From Vermamoeba vermiformis (Eukaryota): a stretch of 64,000 bases of DNA. Numbering within the stretch: the first letter of the stretch is position 1; each line of letters opens with the position of its first letter. The translations under genes were made by a program, and so were the position numbers. Shown piece by piece: positions 49,906 through 62,750 of the stretch. The notes beneath the pieces were generated by a model. It made no database searches. It was not told the DNA's origin and worked only from the letters and a program-made list of their open reading frames with translations. The stretch lies in NCBI GenBank assembly GCA_045837725.1, contig JBEWZL010000041.1, forward strand, positions 1 through 64,000. The letters run 5' to 3'.

Positions 49906-50138
49906 GAATTTTTTAGATTTAACGGCGCAATTTTAAACCATCAATATTCATTATAATAAAGCTTACTTTTAATAAAAATGAAATCTCGTTATCATCGGAA
50001 TCTACTATCGCTATGTTATTGAAAGAAAAAACGTATTTATATTATTTAAACAAGGTATTTACAATAAGTTAAATTAACGATCCAAAAAATATCCATTATT
50101 TTTGAATTTAAATCAATTTCGAGCGATGAACTTCCTTA

Positions 50139-52596
50139 TTAATCGCTTAAATCATCCGTATTATTATTAATACTTCTATTCAAGTCTGGCCGAAGGTCAG
50201 TTCCGCTATTCTGATTATTGTAGATCGAGATTCGGAACGGTTGGTTCGGGTGACTTGACGGCAAATAGTCTTGGACCACTGGCGAAGTGTTGTACGGACT
50301 ATACTTAGTAAATCCAGCACTTCCATACTTTGTTTTAGTGCCGTCAAGCAGATCCGCTCGTTCAGTGAACACATCCGTCGGTCGTTTAGGCTGCTTTGGC
50401 TCTTCTGCTTGTGGCATATGTCTGACCGATTGATAAGGAGTGCCATCGCCAAATAAGGCAGCTCTTGACTTGTTTGCTGTCAGGTTTTTCTTCGGAATCT
50501 GGATTCAGTAAAAGTCAAGGAAACTAAAATTGTTTAAACAAAAAATTCTAGACTGCAAATAGGAAATTATATTTGTATAGCTCATATTATCACCAAATAT
50601 GGTAATAGAATATATTTTTGCTTCAAAGGATACGTGCCAAAACAATAAATTGACGAGCGCTGTTGGTGCGATCTCCCAAATGAAAAATAAACAGAATAAG
50701 ACTACTTGTCGCCATACCTCGTCCTATAATACAAACAATATATCATATTAATATCGAAATATTCAAACAAATTGAAAAAAAATTGTTCGATCTGATCTCT
50801 CGATCCCAACTTAATTTAATCTTGTACTTAAAACATAAGATTATATGTATATATATCGACTTTAATATGATACTGCATATTATATAATATTAAGCTACTT
50901 ACGTGAGGATTTTCAACTTCAATAATTCCAATTTTAAAGGCGGCAATTGCGTCCTTAATAGCGCGCGAAAAAAATGCAACGACAATGATGATAGTAACGG
51001 TAACTACTTGTGTGAGGCCTCTCTTCTGGAAGTAACCAGTCTGTAATATTAAAATCGTTAATTACGACGCGTTTCAGATCCGTTTAGATCGCGTGTAACA
51101 GCAACCCGAAAATAATTTAAAATAACGCCAAAAATAGCTACGGCAATTAAAAATGTGTTGTTGCTATATAATATGCTCCGTATTATATAAATTAGCGAAT
51201 TTTGAGTGTAGTGAGAATTGCCACCGATTTTTCTTAAAAAGGAAAATTACGAATAAAATTCAAAATTAACTCTTACTTGTTGCTTAGCGTTAGCCACTGC
51301 TTTATACATCTTCCATCCGAATATGCATAAGAAGGCCACCAATAAGAAATAGATGCTAGCGACAAAAATGTACAAGCCACTTTCCACGTACGGATGTCGT
51401 CCGCCGTACAGAATGGCCATTGTAACCATGACTAGAGGTGGAATAATTATTAGTATCGTTTCTATTTAGATTAATTAAAGTAATTTTAAATTGAATTATA
51501 CTGAGGCACGATTTGAGACAGAATTCCATAGCGCGTGCCGCGGTTAGCTAACTAGATCTTGCTTTAAAATCTTTCAAATATGCTATTATAACCATAATAT
51601 AATCGCTATTGTCCAATTTATCGATATTATTCGTTATTCATCAATTTCCTAAGATTTTTCCTCGTGATCGGAACGCGATCTATTTTTAAATTTTAAATCG
51701 CTTGTACTTACCTCCAAAACATATCAAAAAGGTTACGTTGAATAGAATATAGGTCAAATAAGCTCTCTTCTTATATATCACCCAATCTCTTTCAATTTTG
51801 TGGGCAACTTCAGCGTAGTACAAAACAAGGAACGAATATGTGGCTACTTGAATGATAACAGCCAATCTAATAGCATAGTCATATTAATAAAGTATAATTA
51901 TAACGAGAAAATTAATTAAAGTTAAATTTGAATGTAATTTTATCGAGTTTAATTCTTTGTTGTTAAATCCGGACTTAAAATTGTGATCCACGACGAAAAT
52001 AATCGAAAAAATTATCAAATAAGGTTTAATTAATCATATTAAACTCAATTTTCGCAATTTGCACGTTGAATTCGTTATTTGCGATAAAATGAAATCAATG
52101 GTCTTAATTAGCCGTTACATACCCTTGCAATAATATTTCTGCCAGTGGAGACCATGGCAAAAATAGCCAGAAAATACTGCGCATAATGCCCCATATGAAA
52201 TTGTAGGCTAGAAACCCGAATTGATAGTGAAATCTGTTGTGTCTGTAGATTTGAAAAAATTAATAAACCGAATTAAAACAATATATGGCATCATATTGTT
52301 AATTAAGTAATCTTTATGTCTAAGAATTAACGTAAGGAATAATTATTAAGTCTTTTTGCGTGAAATTTACTCGATAGATGAATCCGAAGAATAATTAAAC
52401 AACGTTCTTTCGTGAAAATTGCAATTTGAATATTATGTAAATATTGAATATACACGATAAATAATTCAATTTCGCGTCCAGAAATGATTTCTTACCTATT
52501 AATGAAAATACGCGTGATTTGAAATCCGGAGACCAAGGTCAGCAGAACATAAAGGAGAGCCAGATAGAACGAATATGAATCATAATAAAATTGCAT
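50139..52596 (-). CDS. TOM1/THH1/GPR137-like multi-pass membrane protein
   Basis: About seven hydrophobic helices over six to seven exons: YLALLYVLLTLVSGFQITRI, IWGIMRSIFW, TYSFLVLYYA, FFSRAIKD and FCYFFIWEIAPTALVNLLF. Confidence 0.7.
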
Positions 52597-53305
52597 GATG
52601 GAGTCTGAATCGAACTAATACCAGTTGAGCAAAGGTTTTTTTGGGTCAGATCGGCGTCGTGTCGTTTTGGTAATTAAAACTCCATTTAATCGCACGACGA
52701 ATAGGTTCAATATGCGTAGTTGTCCTCTTGTGTGTTTGTTGTTAATATATACAAAATAATAATAAAGCGTGGTGCCTCCTCTTCGGCTCAAATTTTAATT
52801 GAATTTCCCTCGTGTTGAAAATAAAATTTATTCTTAGCCTCGCGCAAACGAACCAACACAGTTAGCAAAGTGTATGTCCTTATTGTTAGCCTATAATTAT
52901 TGCAGTTAGAGAAGATGAAAGCTCCATCTGAAAACGGGCCATTAGAATTAAGTCATCGATTGCGACTAAAGCGATATCCAAATGCACAAGTAATCTTACA
53001 GTATATATACAAAAACTTTCCTATCCTTAATAATTAGATTAAGGTAAGCTAAATTTTTAAATTAAATCTAAAAAACAACGGCTATTTATTTAAATTTTAA
53101 CGACGTTTAAATTAAGCTGAGATACATAGCTTTAATTAATTCTCTTTTTATAATCATCTACTTTGTCGCAGGGGTTGCAATGAAATGACTAGATCTGGTT
53201 TAAATCCGTTGAAATTATGTCTCAATCGTTAGAACTTTCGAGGATGTTCTCCATTACTAAAAATTCAGGATAATTGCAGGAGAAAGAACGAATTGAATCG
53301 AGTAT

Positions 53306-54824
53306 CTATTTATTTACGGTGACTACAACTGCTTTAGACCCATTTTCTTCAAATTGCCTTACTGCCTCGCCGATCCGATCCAAATTAAACGATGTGAAAA
53401 CAGGTCCTTGGATCGATTGATGCGCTGCCATATTGAGTACCTCGTTGAGTATATGAAGCACTCGGCCTTGTTGACTGCCGCTCATTATTAACGAGTGAGC
53501 ATTTAAGAATGATACTGAGTTATTCTTCAGCAACAATTTTTCAGTCTCTGGAGGGTCCAACTAGCAAAAAAATATTAATATAAGCATAATAACAATTCAG
53601 ACTATATTTAGAACATTTAGATGAGAAGTAGGAAATTTATGGATGCGATCCCAAAATTTGACTTACTTGTAAGGTTGTCGAAGTAATATAATGACCATTA
53701 ATAGCCAAGCACTTAATTAAATCCGATTTTAGGCTGCTAGAGTCGCCATATCGTCCATTTTCAATAATTCCGTCGACACCTAAATTGGCAGTTTCTTCCA
53801 TCACCTTCGGCACCAAATGTTCAACACTAAGATCGATTAACCTTGCGATTTTGCAAGGAGTAGATCTTAAGAATGCTGCTTCTTGACTGTCTTTCACTAC
53901 TGCTATAACTTTTGCGCCAAAAACATGTGCGATCTGGATCGCGGTTACCCCGTTCGGCTTGATAGCGAAATTTCGATTAGTAATTGTCAATATGAACCCG
54001 CAAATAGTTTATACATACTGAGGCGGCATTGACTACTAGAATAGTATCACCTTGGGTTATTTTAAGTTTGTAATGTAGTGCCGTCAAGGCGTGAAGTCCG
54101 GAGGACAGAAGTGCTACTGATTGTTCGTGACTGAGCACCGGTGGCTTTTTAACTGGCCAAATATATCATATATTAATACGATATTATGATTTATATTAAA
54201 ATAATGATAAAAATAGTAGCTGGAGCTTGAGATTGTTAAAAGATGTGAAAATCGATCTCGATCCGTTTGAACCAATACGTACCAAAGTAATAAGGCTCGA
54301 TTGAAATATACTCCGATAATCCTCCGCCAATATCAGCCGGAATAATTCCTACGAGACAAGGTCAGGCACAAGAAAAATTCAGGGTTTGTATTAACGCGCT
54401 TACCTGAAACTTCTTCGCCGACTTTAAATTCTTCTGAAACTTGGCTGCCTATTTGTTCAATAACTCCGCTAATATCTGTTCCTGCTGCGATTGGTAGAGG
54501 CACTGAAAAAATACGAAAAAAAGAATGAGATCGCGTACGTGAGGATAGATTTGATAATTTACCTTTGTAAAATCCATTTTTAATTTTTATTTCGTTATTG
54601 GTGATTGCTGATGCATAAATTTTGATTCGTATTTGATTTGGCAGCAGATTAGGTATAGGAACCTGTCAAAAATTACAATTAATTCCATAGTCATAGGGTA
54701 TATTATAATCCGTAATATAATACGTATTTATGGCATTACAAATTTTACAGCGCATTCAGAATCTTACCGAGGTAATTTCGAATTTTTTTTCTTGTGTTAC
54801 TTGCACTGACTTCATTATACTCAT
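53306..54824 (-). CDS. CRYZL1: Quinone oxidoreductase-like protein 1 (zeta-crystallin-like, MDR superfamily)
   Basis: AAGTDISGVIEQIG, GLHALTALHYKLKI, AIQIAHVFGAKVI, MEETANLGVDGII, LDPPETEKLLLKN and QQGRVLHIL match CRYZL1-type features. Confidence 0.8.
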
Positions 54825-55018
54825 ATGAATAGCGTATATTATAATGGTATAATGTATTATAGATGACTATATTTGTGGTTGTCAGCGACAATCGGGTAAA
54901 AAATTTAGTTTTTTGCTTTTCGTTTGTATCACCTTCTAGGAACCACAATAGCATGTTAATATAGTTACATTAGCGTATATATATTTTAAATATTCATTGT
55001 ATAACACAAAGCAAAATC

Positions 55019-57593
55019 ATGCAACGAGATTCGAGGCAATCTGACTCGAATTACTTGCAACTGCTTGGTAGTCGAGAAATTCAACCAAAGAGCGACAATT
55101 CATTCAAGAAGCAATTAAATAATGAACATATTAAGCACCTTGCAATCGAAAAAGTATTTCAAACGGACACGCATCGAGGGTGCATTTTTGGAATAAAATT
55201 TTCTCCCGACGGAAAGTATTTAGCCGCTGCTACTAGTAAGTATTAAATAAAATATATTTCATATTTTGTATTTTCATATTTAAAGAATTTCTCTAATTGT
55301 CTATTTTGAAATAAAGCGGATTCGGTCGAGATTTGGGATCACGCCATAGGCAAAAAGACATTGGTATTGCTAGATCATAAAGAGATAGTTACGTCAATAG
55401 TATGGATGAAACACGATCCTCAGTGCTTTTACACCGCATCTCTTGACAAAACCATAAAATTCTACCGGGACTTTACACCAGTTGCCACATTGACCGATCA
55501 TGCAGGTATGATAGCCCATATATATAATATACATATTATCATGTACACATATACTTTTAATCGGGATTCTGAATTAGTAAAGCGAGATCTAAATCTAATT
55601 TAGATCCGCTTACCTTTAACGTAAAATTATAAAAATTATAATATTTCTCGTGCCAAACATGTGCTTATATTTGCATAGATTGGATTCGATGTCTTGCAGC
55701 AAATCCGTCAGACTCAACAGTCATTTCTGGATGTGTTTCATCGCGCATTTATGGATGGGACACGGAGACTAACAAATCGAAATTCAAGATTATGAATGCA
55801 CATTTTTCGGCAGTAAGTATCAAATATATAGTTGTGGTAGCAAATAGAAAGCCTTGAATACCTCGAAGCGGGGATCTTTATTTTTGAAAAGAACTCTTTC
55901 GACAGGCACCCTAATTCTATAACTAATTGTATACTTGCTAATTTTTGATATGTTAGAAATACACAGACCTCAATACAATCAATAGTTTAAATTACTCAAC
56001 AAATAACGATGCTGTTTTCATCTCTGGTGCTCGCGACGGATCCGTTCGCTTCTGGGACAGGTACGCAACGTCTTATATTAATATATCGTATAATTATATA
56101 TATTTAATGCATTTGTTGACCCTACACGAGATATTCATACTTCGTGTACTGGCAATTATTTTGCGAAGAAATTCTTCGGAGAATAATTTGTGGAACGAAT
56201 TTACGCGTACTGGTAGTCTAATTTTGAGTATTTTATATAGTCGAGCGTTATATGGCGATCAGCCAGTATTCGAATTAGCTGCTCATGAAGCCAAACTCAA
56301 CAACTGCATGTTTTCTCAAAATGATTTATACGTAAGCTTTCCTGCATTTAATCGATAATTAATTCCAATAAATAGTTACTTAACATATTATTAGTTGCTT
56401 ACCGCAGGAAGGGATAGTAAATGTCGATTATGGGACCTGAGGATGTTTACTTCAAATACCTCGCTAAATTCAGTCAGGTACGTTTTAGTCAAAAACAATC
56501 ATCCTTCTTATATTAATTAAATTCATATTATTAGTGCTAAGGCTGCGATGGAATATACTGGACATAGCTGCGCTGGATACAATGTTGGCGGAGCATTTTT
56601 TAATTTTGATAAGAATATTGTTAGCGGTACGTACGAGGCGTTTGTTAGATTAGTACAAATATTAAATATAAATTTGTTGTTAGGATCGGAAGATAAGAAG
56701 ATTTATATTTATGATACTCAGAGCGGAGAATTAGTTAAAGAATTGGAGAACCCGCATTTTACTCAAACAGTTATACATTGCGTGCAACCTGTAAATAGCA
56801 CCGAATTATCATTAGTTAGTGCCTCAATAGACAATGTAAGTTCTAGTCTAGACTATAAGTTCTCTCGAATTTTTTCGGATCCGAATCCGTTTGTAACGAG
56901 TTCTATTTTTAGAACCGGATCTCGTTTTGGAGTCCCGTAAAAGACAAAGAAAAGAGCATTCCGCTGTATTATTCAAAAGAAAACAAGAAACCAGGAGTCC
57001 TCAACGGTCCTAATAACAACAATAATAACAACACTGGCGGTGGATCCGCCAACGGCCAAGCTGATTCTGATGACGAAGATGAAGCCGTGTTCCAAGAATA
57101 TGCACGAAATGAACGACCGTTATTAGAAGGATTTATGCGAATCAACGGCGATCAAATATTGCGCGTGTTTCATCGGTACAATTTTACGCTGTCGAGTAAC
57201 TTGGACTGGGCCAGATTATTCGAGGCTGTGCGAAGAGATCCTTACCCTGAAGCCGTGGATTTAGTAAGTTGATATCCTATATTAATAACGATTGTGCATA
57301 TCTTACTGGATGCGAAACCGAAGCACATCCAAAAAAATCAATTTTTGAATTTGAAGCACCTAATAATACATAATGCTTACTATTATTAATGAAATTTCCT
57401 TATTTAGATAACGAAATTAGCCCACGAGTTTGCGCAATCTTTCACCCGCATAAATGATAACGCTGGGACAAATACAAACGCCATGGATGGTGAATTCAGT
57501 GGCGAAGAATATGTTGAAGACGGTGATTATGAGGGTGAAGAGGACGAAGATAGTGATGACGAAGAGCAGCAGCCTCAATGCCGGCAGAGTTGA
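55019..57593 (+). CDS. WD40-repeat protein with acidic tail and C-terminal CaaX-like motif
   Basis: Repeats HRGCIFGIKFSPDG, HKEIVTSI, SGARDGSVRFWD, AGRDSKCRLWDLR and SGSEDKKIYIYD. Ends ...EEQQPQCRQS-stop. Confidence 0.85.
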
Positions 57594-57907
57594 TGTATCT
57601 GCAACGAACAAAACAGATGTAAAATAGCAAGTAAGTAAATACTCAGTTTTGCGGACCGAAAGGTAATGAAATTTAGTTATCGAATATTGATAAATTTTGC
57701 GGTCACAAAAACGTGACCCGCTCAGAAAACACTCGTTTTTGACATATTTTAACGCCCAAATTCTTGAAGCAAGCATAATTATAATATTATAAATATATTA
57801 TGCATAGTATATGTTATTCGCTTCAGTAGGTTGTTACTTCGGAAACAACTTCGGATTTACAAATCCAGCGGGTTGGATCTAAATGTGAACTGAGATATTT
57901 TAACTAC

Positions 57908-57920
57908 GGGACCCAGTCCC
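57908..57920. promoter_or_regulatory. Palindromic upstream motif GGGAC-CCA-GTCCC
   Basis: Ends 70 bp before the paralog 1 ATG. Equivalent motifs precede paralogs 2 and 3. Confidence 0.5.
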
Positions 57921-57989
57921 AAAATTTGTTTAAATTCACGTTAGCGATCCTTTGAAGATTATCTTTTTATTTGCTGTGTTTATCGCAAG

Positions 57990-59875
57990 ATGCAACAACT
58001 CGTAGCAATTGTTCTTTGCTTCTTTGTGGCTTTTTCAACAGCCGCGCCAAAGGAGATCCGTCCAACGGATGCAGACTGGAGATCAGTCCTCTTAAACCTT
58101 CAAGCAGGCGACGTCGTAACTGTTCATGAAGGCACCTACACTCTCACCGGAAAGTTTGCCGCTACTTGGACTGGAACTGAAACGAATCCAATCGTCGTTC
58201 AAGCAGCTTCAGGTGAAGGACGTCCAGTGTTCAAACAAACAACAGGAGAGAACATTTGGAACCTCAACGGTGCATACTTCACTGTCAAGGGTCTCGAGTT
58301 CACTGGTGGAAGTCGTGGTCTTCGTTTGGGCGAATCTTCGGGTAAGCAACTAAAATAACTAAATTAGTACTTCTACTCATATATAGCCCTACATTCATAT
58401 GCCGAATGTATATATTACTAACGATAAGTTTTGTAGATACTTCGCACGTTGTTTTTGACAGCATCTACATCCACGACATCGGTGAAAATGCCTTCAGTGC
58501 TAACGACTATGGCAGAACTTATGAAAATATCACTATTAGATACAGCGAGTTCAGTGGCACACGTAAGGATAAATTAGAATCGGATCCATAAAACTTTCTG
58601 ATTATGTTAATCCATGAAGAGAATACTGGCGAATGCATCTACCTCGGCTGTTCAAACGATGGCTGCAGAACGTTCAATTCTATCGTCGAGTTAAACTACT
58701 GCCACGACACTCACACCGACGGATCTGGATCTGGTGCAGCTGGGTATCAAATCAAGACTGGATCTTACAACAATATTGTTCGTCATAACGTCTGCAAGAA
58801 CACTACTGGTGTCTGCGTCTTGCTCTATGATGACTACGATCGTGGAGTCAATCTCGTTGAAGGCAACGTTGTTTTGGGAGTTCAAAATGACAATGGCATT
58901 CAAGTGACTTCAGGCGTGATTGTTCGTAACAATGTTGTTATTGGATGGAACGCAAGTAAGCAACAAAAAAAATTTGTTAGTTTAGTTGTTATTGTACTAA
59001 TTCGTATTTGTTGCATCGCAGACGGTGTTGGTATTTATGTATCTCTGAATCAAGTCAAAACAACGCCTCATCACGTCGTTGTTGAGCACAACACGATCTA
59101 CGACACTAACGGATCCGGTCAAGATTGTTTGCGTGTTGCTTCGCCGGCTAGTGCCGCAGGTTGGGTCATCTCAAACAATGCTCTTTATTGCCCTCAAGGA
59201 ATTGCACTCGCTATTGAAGGAGGATCGTTAACGGGTACGCGCTGAAATTCTAAATGAAATTTCCTCGAAACTAATTTTATTTTTAAGATGTTCCCGTTAC
59301 AAACAACGCGTACTTGGGTAGCGTTCCTGCTCTCGATAGCTCGAACTTTAAGTTGTCCGCTACTGTTGCTCAAGTCTTCGCTGACATCGTGAACAATAAC
59401 GCCTATCCTGCTGTCGGATCCGCTCTTATCAAGGCTGGTGACTCAACTCACTCGACTGAAACTGACTTCAATGGCTTGCCTCGTGGTAACCCTCCCACTG
59501 TGGGTGCATACGTATGTATCTCACTCTTATAAGATGATTACTAAGTCTAACTCAATGCAGGAATTCTCGTCGAACACCAATCCTGGCTGGCAAGTCCAAG
59601 GAGGCTTTAAACAACTTGCCAATGGTACTGCGCCGCTCTCTGGGTATACTCCTACTGGCTCGTCAAATGAACCTACTGCTTCGTCTAACAATCCTACCAC
59701 TAGTGGTGCTCCTAACGGACCCAGTGCTGCTCCAAAAAGTTCTACGAAAGTAACGGCTGGCGCTAACCAACTTCACTTCGGTACGTTGAAAAAAGTTAAT
59801 ACTACGTGACTGATTATAACTATTTCAGATTTTGCTTTATTACTGGCTGTGGTCGTTGCTGTATTGTTCTATTAA
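57990..59875 (+). CDS. Secreted right-handed parallel beta-helix (pectin lyase-like fold) protein, paralog 1, probable GPI anchor
   Basis: Signal peptide; LQAGDVVTVHEGTY; GTETNPIVVQA; TGECIYLGC; YQIKTGSYNNIVRHN; PAVGSALIKAG...DFNGLPRGNPPTVGAYE. Ends with an S/T/P/N linker and hydrophobic tail. Confidence 0.85.
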
Positions 59876-60197
59876 ATAGTAAGTTTTTGTGTTTAGATCG
59901 ACATTTTGGATTTTGAATCATTACCGAACCATATTATGCACAATGAATGTGGAGAATAGGCTACTAACATGTTATTTAACAGAATCTTAGCCTTTAGCCT
60001 TGATTTAATTAAATCGAAATCTTCGGTACGGATCAGATCTGCGTACTTACCAGTTACTGTCGCCGTTTCGACTATCGCTACAACGAACTCTTATTTATAA
60101 GGTATGTCTGTATGTGGATGCCGAAAATCTTTTGAACCACTGCAACCTTTATAAATGTCAAATCTCTCAGTAACTTCTGGCAACATGGTACAAAATG

Positions 60198-60211
60198 GGG
60201 ACTGCAGTCCC
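60198..60211. promoter_or_regulatory. Palindromic upstream motif GGGAC-TGCA-GTCCC
   Basis: Perfect 14 bp palindrome ending 68 bp before the paralog 2 ATG. Confidence 0.55.
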
Positions 60212-60278
60212 GATTTGAGCACAGAAAGGAGGGACTTTTTTGGTTAACGAAGTATTATTTACTTTTATTTCTCGCAAG

Positions 60279-62234
60279 ATGCAACAACTCGTGGCTATTG
60301 TATTCTGCGCTTTGGTGGCTTTTTCGGCTGCTGCGCCAAAAGAGATCCGCCCAACTGACACCAACCCTCCTTGGCTAACAACCCTCAGTGGCCTTCAAGC
60401 AGGCGATGTATTGACTGTTCACGAAGGCACATACACTCTCAATGGAAAGTTCGCGGCTACTTGGACCGGAACTGAAACGAATCCAATCGTCGTTCAAGCA
60501 GCTTCAGGTGAAGGACGTCCAGTGTTCAAACAAACAACTCAAGAAAATATTTGGAACCTCAACGGTGCATACTTCACTGTCAAGGGTCTCGAGTTCACTG
60601 GTGGAAGTCGTGGTCTCCGTTTGGGCGAATCTTCGGGTAAGCAAACTAAATAAACTTTTCATAATCACTTTGCAATGATTAATCCGTCATTCGAAGTAAC
60701 ATAATTAACGTAATTTGATAGACACTTCGCATGTTGTGTTCGATAGCATCTACATCCACGACATTAGTGCCAACGCTTTCAGCGCCAACGACTACAATAG
60801 AAATTACGAGAACATTACTTTGAGATACAGCGAGTTCAGCGGCACAGGTAAATACTCCGTCATGCAATCCACGCTTTCCTGATTTATTCGTTAACCGACG
60901 AAATTTCAGCGGTAGAATTCCCATTTTAGTAATTTAAGTTTATGATTTTACGGTGGCATGGATTAATGACACTTGAATATTAGCTGCAACTGGTGAATGC
61001 GTCTATTTGGGCTGCTCAAGCGATGGCTGCAGAACATTCAACTCGCTCGTTGAGTTCAACTACTGCCATGATACAACCACTGACGGAACTGGCTCCGCTG
61101 GATCTGGTTTCCAAATCAAGACCGGATCTCACAACAACATCGTCCGTAACAATGTCTGCAAGAACACTCCTGGTGTTTGCATCTTGCTCTATGACGACTA
61201 TGATCGCGGAGTCAACCTCGTTGAAGGCAACGTTGTTTTGGGAGTTCAAAGCGACAACGGCATTCAAGTGACTGCTGGTGCTATTATTAGAAACAATCTT
61301 ATCGTAGGCTGGAATTCCGGTAAGAAACAAAAATCAATACTTTTTCGCGATCCGCAGTTGTTGTTAACTCATATGTATTTTTTGTAGGTAGTGGAGGTAT
61401 CTCTGTTATTAGTAACCAACCTATGAGCGGCAAAGGTCCTCGTAATGTCGTCATCGAACACAACACTATCTACGACAACAGATCCGGTCGCCAAGCCATT
61501 TATGCCAACTCTGTTGCTAGTGGTGAAGGCTGGGTCTTCTCTAACAACGCTCTTTACTGCCCTCAAGGAAGCGCTTTAGTTATTTCCGGTGATTTGACTG
61601 GTAAGTCATGACTAAGTTAGTGTCGTAGATCTGACGTTCAAATTAAAAGGTGTTCCCGTGACTAACAACGGTTACTTGGGCTCAATGGCCTCTACTGATA
61701 GCACGAACTTCCAATTGTCCTCCACCGTCGCTCAAGTCTTCGCTGATGCTGCGAACGACAACTTTTACCCCGCTGTCGGATCCGCTCTTATCAAGGCTGG
61801 TGACTCAACTCACTCGACCTCACTCGACTTCAATGGATTGCCTCGTGGTAACCCTCCCACTGTCGGCGCATACGTAAGTAAATCAGTCTTATATGATAAT
61901 TACCAAGACTAACATAATGCAGGAATTCTCAACTGATACCAATCCTGGTTGGTCGGTCCAAGGAGGCTTCAAACAGCTTGCTGCTGGCGCTAACCCTTCT
62001 AGCGGTAATAATGGCGGCTCACCCAACGGACCTACCTCTTCGTCGAACGGTCCTAGCTCTTCGTCAAACGGTCCTAACTCTTCTTCTCAAGGTCCCAGCG
62101 GTACTAAGACTTCCAGCGCTACTAATGTTCACTCCGGTACGTTCACTCGTTATTATGCCTTAGTACTCGTTATTAACCTCTTATTTTAAGGTGTCGCTTT
62201 GTTCGCCGTAGTCGGTGCCTATTTGTTATTTTAA
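60279..62234 (+). CDS. Secreted beta-helix protein, paralog 2, probable GPI anchor
   Basis: Same exon structure and motifs as paralog 1, with an SSSNGP-repeat linker. Confidence 0.85.
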
Positions 62235-62678
62235 ATTTACCAGGTGTATTTGATTAATAAAACTAGGTCTTGATTGCCTCGAGCAAACTTGATCTAGTTG
62301 CACAAATTTATGTTTCATGCTAGCACTAATCAGTACTACTCGTCGACATAGTATACACCGCTACGAAGAATGTAACCGAACTTGAGGTACGTACCCGTTA
62401 CATTATTATTGCAAGCTTATTTCAATAATAATTCATATCAATAATATAAGGTAAGGTTTTAATAACCGACAACCTTCTTGTCTTTTTCTTGCATAATTAA
62501 ATTTTTTGATCTAATTTTTAATTTATCGGATGCACGGTTATTGACCTGCACCACGCGAACATAATGGTCAATAAATAGTATTATAATTTGTTAGGTGGTT
62601 TCGTAATTAATATAATCTTCTAACGAGTAACTGACAGGAAGGAGAATCTTCAATGTGATTCCTAACAGTATCAGCACT

Positions 62679-62691
62679 GGGAGGCAGTCCC
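62679..62691. promoter_or_regulatory. Upstream motif GGGAG-GCA-GTCCC
   Basis: Ends 60 bp before the paralog 3 ATG and is followed by gatttg, as in paralog 2. Confidence 0.5.
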
Positions 62692-62750
62692 GATTTGCAG
62701 TAGAAAAACGGGTGTAATTTCCGTTCTTTTACATTTAATTTACTCACGAA

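Noticed and set aside
62020-62100. 21 bp tandem repeats
   Set aside because: Coding S/N/G/P linker (SSSNGP) of beta-helix paralog 2.
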